Positions 57,308 to 64,000 of a stretch of 64,000 nt of DNA are shown in pieces; position 1 is the first letter of the stretch; each line of letters opens with the position of its first letter. This stretch comes from Paramoeba atlantica (Eukaryota > Protista > Discosea): contig CDRNVI010000005.1 in assembly GCA_977017575.1 (NCBI GenBank), forward strand, positions 1 through 64,000. The letters are read 5' to 3'. The notes under the pieces were generated by a model that saw only the letters and a program-made list of their open reading frames with translations, did not search any database and was not told the origin of the DNA. The translations under genes were made by a program, and so were the position numbers.

Positions 57308-58077
57308 CTTTAACGATAAAGATACAGTTTCTGTACCTTGTTGAATTATTTCCCTTTTCTTCCATACACCATCTCCTCTACAATGGGAGGGCACCCCCCT
57401 CAATCACACTCTCTCTTGTCCGCACCCCCCCTCCGTCTCTCGTCCCATCACCCCCCTGCATCGTATTCCCCCACTTCGTCCTTCCCTCTCAGCGCGCTTG
57501 TCGTTCTGCTGTTTTCCTCTCTTGCGTCCCCCACCCCCGTGCCAGCAGCCCAAAGTATTGTATACTTGCTCACGGGGTGGGGGCAGAGGTCCAGACCGAT
57601 GGGCTCGTGCGTCGTTTCTCCTTGTCCCCGCGTCCGTTCCGCCTCGTCTCTCTTCCCGCTTTTTGCCCTTGGCGTGACGGCGGCTATGCGTTTCGTCATC
57701 TCCACGTCTCCCACCCTCGTACGGCAACCTAAAGTATCTGATACTGCTAACGGGGTGGGAGCGCAGGTCACCTCCACGTCTCCCACCCTCGTACAGCAAC
57801 ACAAAGTATCTTATACTGCTAACGGGGTGGGAGCGGAGGTCCTGGACCACATGGGCCACAGTGCGGACGAGTCGGTCAGTAGGGACGAGTCAGTCGGAAG
57901 GGAGTAAGTGGGGGAAGGGAAGTGAATGTAGTGAGGGGAAGGAAGTAGGGGAAGGAAGGAAGGAAGTAGGGGAAGGAAGGAAGTAGGGTGAAGGGTTTTA
58001 AGTGGTGGAAAGTTCGAAACGTACATAAAAACATTAGACTCAATACTACTCCCCCCAATTATATGCAAAAAAAAAAA
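57308..58077 (+). mobile_element. SL-headed, polyA-ended non-coding retroposon
   Basis: SL at 57308-57343, then AATTATTT; three hairpin repeats; A11 at 58067-58077. Confidence 0.65.
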
Positions 58078-58280
58078 TACTATATATACGTTCTTTAGTT
58101 ATTCATGCACACGTGTACGACGAGGACACGTGTTTGATGAGTGAAAGGGTGCTGTACTGTGGTTAGTTGCGTTGGGTGGTCGTGAGGGGATGGGAGGGAG
58201 AGTGAGGGAGTGAAGGGTGCGAGGAGAGTGGAGGTGTGTAACGAGACTTGGTGTGCGTGGTGACGTGCGAACGGGTTGGT

Positions 58281-58940
58281 TCGCGACGTGGTGGGCATAA
58301 CGCCCGTTCGTAAGTTACAGGGAATATTTGCTAGGTTAAAGAGCTCTGTTTTGTGATACTTGTGATAGTATATTTTATTGATTACAAAGGAAATGGGTAT
58401 AGCGGGATAAATCTTCTATTTATACATGGGAAATATTGATTTCTTTGTTTACCTTATTTTACGAAGTTTATAGCAGAAGAAAGGGTCCGTTGATTTCTAT
58501 AAGTTTACGATAAGAAATTTAGGAGACTTTATTTTGTTGATATGCAGATGGTGCCCCGAAAGGGGTCTAAACTGTTTTCAAATTCTACCCCGAAATGGGT
58601 CTAAACTATTTATCTATGTACCAGGGATAGATTGAGGTAATTATAAATATACTGTATATTAGTGACATTTCCTCCTATAAACAACAAAAACGTGCCCACC
58701 CACCCAACCCCCAACCATTTCGCGACGTGGTGGGCATAACGCCCGTTCGTAAGTTACAGGGAATGTTTGCTAGGTTAAAGAGCTCTATTTTGTGATACTT
58801 GTGATACTTAGTATATTTTATTGATTACAAAGGAAATGGGTATAGCGGGATAAATCTTCTATTTATACATGGGAAATATGGATTTCTTTGTTTACCTTAT
58901 TTTACGAAGTTTATGGCAGAAGAAAGGGTCCGTTGATTTC
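58281..58940. repeat. ~215-bp direct duplication (58281-58497 / 58720-58940) around an SL-free copy of the Y3 upstream region (58498-58693)
   Basis: Read directly; 58498-58693 matches 51591-51832 minus the SL insert. Confidence 0.9.
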
Positions 58941-60605
58941 GCAACAAAATTGGCTCTTGAAGGATGTGTGTCCAAAGCCACCCGTGTACTGGACCAGGAA
59001 GTCAAACAGTCATCACTAAGAGATGAAGAGAAGATGGAACAACTCCAACGATTGCACCCGCAAATTCCGGTGACGTTCGGGCTCCCTGCGGATGCACCGA
59101 AGATAGCTTGCATTGATCCTCACGAATTACGAGAAGCCGGGAAAAGACTAGCCAAAGGATCCTCACCTGGACCAACCGGAACAACCGACACCATCTTCCG
59201 ATTACTCTTAGATGATGAAATATGCTGTACGAGTCTGTGTCACATGATGTGCGACCTCATTAACGGGTTGCTCTCCAAAGAAGTTATGAAACGTCTGCGC
59301 AGAGCACGGTTAATAGCACTTCCGAAAAAGGCAGACGCAGTGCGTCCTATCGCGATGGGGGAAATATTTCTGAAACTAGCTGGACTTGTGTTGCTATTGC
59401 GAAATGAGCACTCGTTTGAAAGTTTATTTCTTCCGATGCAGCACGGCGTTATGAGTAAAGAAGGATGTGAGACCATTGTGCACGAGCTCAACCGTAGATA
59501 CCTTGAGGGCAACGCTATCCTTACCTTAGATTTAAAGAATGCTTTCAATAGCCTTTCAAAAGATGAGATTGCGAAGGCTGTATTTGCGTTCCATACTCTC
59601 CGTCCGTTCCAACGGTTCTTCACTGCAGAGTATGGTGATGCGTCAGAACTGCTCTTCTACGGAAAAAATGGTGAGCTTTTCGGGACTGTCAACAGTGCGG
59701 CTGGCGTGAGGCAAGGTTCTCCCTTATCGTCCTTATATTTCTGCACGCTCCTCCAACCCATTCTCGAGTCAATAGCGCAGGATTTCCCGACGATTCGCAT
59801 ATATGCATATGTGGACGATATTAACTTAACATCCCCAGATACGAATCTTCTCCAACAGGCGTACCATAAGTTGAAGGAAATGCTTGCCAAGCAAAACATT
59901 ATTATGGCACCAGAGAAATGCATTTGGTTTGGAGGCATCCATAAGCTAGAAAATCCCGATGGTCTGCGTTCAGAAGGAATTAAAACCGAACACGAAGCAA
60001 TAAAACTACTAGGGGCATATGTAGGAGAAACAAGCAAAGTAAGTGCACTCCTTCTAGAAAAACTAGAAAAACATAGAACCATCTTCCGCCGTCTCAAAAA
60101 AATGGGTGCGAACAACATCACTATGCTCCTCGCGCGATGCGTAAACGTTAGACACAGATATCATATCAGGGTGCACCGTCCCGAAGAATGCTTTGCACTT
60201 TCCAAGGGATTTGACAAAGAGGCAGAAAATGTTTTAAAAACCTGGCTTGGGCCACTTGATGAAAATCAAATAGCACTGGCAAGATTACCTGTCAAAATGG
60301 GCGGTCTTGGCCTGACCTCCTCGGTACTGCTTCGCAAATCGGCTTATGAGGCTTCGCAGCATGCTGCTCTTGAACGACTAAACTCTTTTTCAGTTCGGGC
60401 GGCAGCTCCAAAACCTCCTCAGCCAATTGGAAATGCAGAAGAAGGCAGCGCACGACCACCAAGCGATGAATATGTAACCGAAGCTATCCTGAACAAAGGA
60501 ATACGTGACACTCTAATGAAGGACAACAAATTGGCCCCCATTATTCGTTCGTCAAGTGAAAAAGGGAATTCGCAGTGGATTCACGCTAGCTCAACGGCAC
60601 AGTGA
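58940..60605 (+). mobile_element. Family-A non-LTR RT fragment
   Basis: SPGP, RPIAMGE, DLKNAFN, GVRQGSPL, AYVDD; close to ORF 22463. Confidence 0.92.
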
Positions 60606-60789
60606 CTTTCTCCCAACTTAGAAAGTACCTGGCGGACCAGCACACAATGGAATACGGGTTTTAGCTTTTCTGTTTTTAGTATCCCGGGTTTTTGATAACC
60701 GGCTCTGGGGCTTCGTGTTCTTGGGTTCCCCTTTTTGTTTATTACCCCCTTTTATTATAATTTTTATTATTACCCCCTTTTAAAAAAAA

Positions 60790-63700
60790 AACGATAAAGA
60801 TACAGTTTCTGTACCTTGTTGAATTATTTTCTTTTTCTTTGTCTGCTCTCTTTTTGATGGTAATGAACGAGACACACTCAGCCAACCATCCTGAGGATAC
60901 ACCTTTCGACCCTGGAATCATGGATTCTAATCAGAATTTTGTCCACGAAGAAAAATCCCATGAATTGGGTAGTTGGGACCAGTTTAAGGGCAACGAACAT
61001 CTTATCCGAAGCGCAAGCACCTATGACGAGAGCTTATACACTACTGCCATCCCGCAGAATATCCCGCACGATTGGATGCGCCGTGCGCACGCTTTAGAAA
61101 AGGATATTGAAACGCCCGACATGGGTCACGTACATGACCGAACTGAAGAGGAGGTCCATTGTAGTGTCCAGCGTGATATCGATAAGTCTAATAATGTTAA
61201 TTTCGAAGGAGCCGATTCGATTTCACACAGCCAACTAAGCACATTTAGCAAGGCTGCGAAGATGACCGATGAGTGCTCTAATGTCAATTCTGACGGAACC
61301 GATTCGACTTCACTCAGCCAATTAAGCACATCTAGCAAGGCTGTGAAGACCACTGATGAGGGTCCTACTGTCAACTTCGAGGGAACTGATGCGACTTCAC
61401 CCAGCCAATTGAGAAAATCCAATAAAGCTGTGAAGGCGAGATTTTTACGACACCTTCGAAACTCAGAACACTCTAATAACTGTTACGAATCCGAAAGCAG
61501 TACGGCCACGTTCCCAGACCTCACTCCGACGGACCTCGTTTCTCATTTCTCTGTTTCTAGAAGTCCAAAGAGGCGCAAGAACAAGAAGTGCTCTAAAAGA
61601 AATATCACCTCACAGACATCTTTGAACCAATCAGGCTCCGAAAGCACAGTAGCGACAGAGTCGGGTAGCGACGGAGTCTCCGTTGAACCGGCATCATCAC
61701 AAGATAGCTGCGTCACATCGGAAGTAAAGCTTAAGCGGAACCGAGCCACATTCAAATCCGAGCCTGTTAAATCACCCAACCTCACGCGGACTACAAAAAC
61801 ACCATATAACGCTAGAAAGTGTCCAGTGGAATCATGTTTGTGGCAAACCGGTCCTCATGGAAATCAATGGCAGGCGTATTATAATCACGCCTCAAACAGG
61901 CACGGGGCGGAAGTATCGGACACGTGGTGGGCAGAGGAGGGCAGATTTCGATGTGCATACTGCAAAAAACATTACCACTTAGGCAAAAAGGAGTCCCATA
62001 CGCGGCACTGCAAATTTCGTACACACGCATCCGATAACCCTCAGGATCCTTCCCGTGAGGTGAACGACTCCCCCAACCCTACCACAAACGCCGCTGTGAT
62101 GCCTGAACGCCCCCCCGGTACGAACCCTAATGATCGGCCCGATCAGATGGAGGATGTTGACAACTTGCTGCCGACCTTATCTTCTGTGTGCGCACTGCCG
62201 GTGATTACGAGCAAGGATATCCCTTATTGCTGCAGGGCTGAATGGGCACGAGTACTCACTTCCTGCTTGATGGCAGCCACGCTAGATAACACACTCGAGG
62301 CGTGGACTCTCCTTGCGATGCTTCCGAAATGTGTCCTTCCGGCCCCCCGCCGTGGAGGCAGTAAGAACAAAACCTCTTATGCGTCCTACGTCCGAAAATG
62401 TCTTTCCAGATGGAACCAAAAGGAGTACATACCACTCTGGAGTGAAGCAATCGCCAGTCTACAGCGCAAACGCAAATCCCCGGCGCAATCACTAGGCCCT
62501 CTTTTATTTTCTCTCGTCGCGAAGGAACTATTTACGGAAATCAAGAAGGCAGCCCCAAGGCTTGACTTAAACATGTGGTTCTTGGACGATGGGGTTCTGT
62601 CAGGCAAATCTTCAGACGTCAGGCATGCACTTGACGTAATTGCAGTCGAAGGTTCCAAGTGGGGCTTACATCTCAATGTTGCTAAATGTGAACTCATTAC
62701 GAATCCAGCTGCCTCTGACCGATTTGCTCTTTTCCCGGACATTCCTGGTCTGAACAAAAACACAGACGGCAATCTTGACATCTTGGGAAGCCCTATTGGA
62801 TCTACAAGCTTTTGTCACCGATACCTATTGGAAAATCCAATCAGTCTCGCTGAGGACTCACTAACAGCAATACAAAAGTTGGATGACCCTCAAGTGGCCC
62901 TATCGCTCATTCGTCATTGCACAGGATTTTGCAAAATGGTGTATGCTCTACGCACGACACCTACCGCGGAGCTACAAGACCTTTGCGAACGCCTGGACCG
63001 AGCAGTCCAAAACACGACGGAGCGCTTTATCGGTCCTTTGGGTGAATCGGCTCGACGACAGGCACAACGAGACAAACGACACGGAGGATTAGGGTTGAGG
63101 TCCGCTGCAACACACGCCACATCAGCATACGTATCTTCTGTAGCCTTTGCGTCTGCAAATGACCGTTGGGACCCCGCGCAAGCTGAGAGTTTTGAATTCG
63201 CAGTACGGGACGTCAATAGGCGCGCGGGCTATAACTTCGTTTCAAATATCGGGAGAATTCCAAAGCCCTCGTCCTCCCCACCTGAACAGTTGAACCCAGA
63301 GACAGCAAACTCCGACAATATCATCCCGGACGAAAGAATCCCAGAAGTTTTGCACCCCGACGACGCAGACCCTGAAGCCTCTCGCCCCGTACTGGTAATC
63401 CCGCGACAACGGGAATTAAGCCAGGCGATTTCAGCATCCCAATACTTGGCAGACTATAAAAAAGCAGATGACAAAACCAGAGCCCGATGGGTATCCCAAA
63501 CGGGAGAAGGGGCATCGGAGTGGGCCTTTGTGATTCCATCGAAGACCAGTGGTTTCGCTTTCACTTCCGCCGAGTTTCACACTCTGACGCGATGGTGGCT
63601 AGGGGAAAAAATTTACCCCAAGGCAAGACCCTGCCCTATGGACAAATGTGGGCTCCCGCTAGGCCCTGAGGGGGACCATGCACTTTCCTGCAAGAGTGGG

Positions 63701-64000
63701 CATGGTATCATCACTCGCCACAACGCTCTTGCCAGACAGTTTGCCTGAGACTGCACAAATGCCGGGCTTACAACGAAGCGCGAAGTAAGCCTGCATAACA
63801 CGGGCCCTGGCGGCGGTCTGACGCGACCGGCGGACGTATTTATCTCAAGTTTTCGAGCGGGCCAGGGCCTTGTAATGGATTTCGCTGTCACACACGTCCA
63901 GCAAACGAAATATACGGATCTAGTCCGTGATGCTAGCGTGGTTTCAGCTGGATCCTTTGCGGAAAGATACGCAACGGAACACAAGCAGAAACAACGAGAA
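60790..64000 (+). mobile_element. CRE/SLACS/CZAR-like non-LTR element directly after an SL exon; internally deleted; TGA at 63746-63748; runs off the window
   Basis: Two N-terminal zinc fingers (CPVESC..H...H, CAYC..H...C), LPKCVL, WFLDDG, GGLGL, GDHALSC..HN, RPADV; RT motifs upstream of LGPLLF are missing (junction ~62490). Confidence 0.9.

Overview
Eukaryotic DNA, most likely euglenozoan (kinetoplastid-like). Only two ordinary host genes are present, both intronless and on the minus strand: a ~153-aa membrane protein and serine hydroxymethyltransferase (10.8-13.3 kb). The rest is a dense mobile-element cluster. 0-10 kb holds DNA-transposon debris (Tc1/IS630-type, hAT, TA-flanked MITEs, a Ulp1-like protease) and satellites. 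13.8-21 kb is a non-coding zone of TIR elements, G-tract satellites and structured-RNA-like repeats. 21-64 kb holds many fragments of RLE-type non-LTR retrotransposons (R2/CRE-like) and three divergent tyrosine-recombinase retroelements with VIPER-like order gag-YR-RT/RNaseH; the copy at 51.8-55.7 kb has intact ORFs. Main findings: (1) A kinetoplastid-type spliced-leader (SL)-like exon, CTTTAACGAYAAAGATACAGTTTCTGTACCTTGTTG, occurs with no SL intron. It heads a polyA-ended YR element exactly at an AG seen in an unspliced copy, sits between polyA tails and CRE-like 5' ends, and occurs as tandem truncated relics. This suggests a cycle of mRNA retroposition plus SL-targeted insertion. (2) A hairpin with covarying stems and an invariant 1x10 internal loop occurs 12 times, including in non-LTR 5' UTRs. 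(3) In all three YR elements gag and YR share one frame separated by a single leaky-context stop, with RT in the -1 frame and a conserved slippery heptamer in two. (4) YR Gag and the non-LTR ORF appear to share a Tudor/SH3-like domain. All calls were made by eye without database searches or folding software; coordinates may be off by a few nt.
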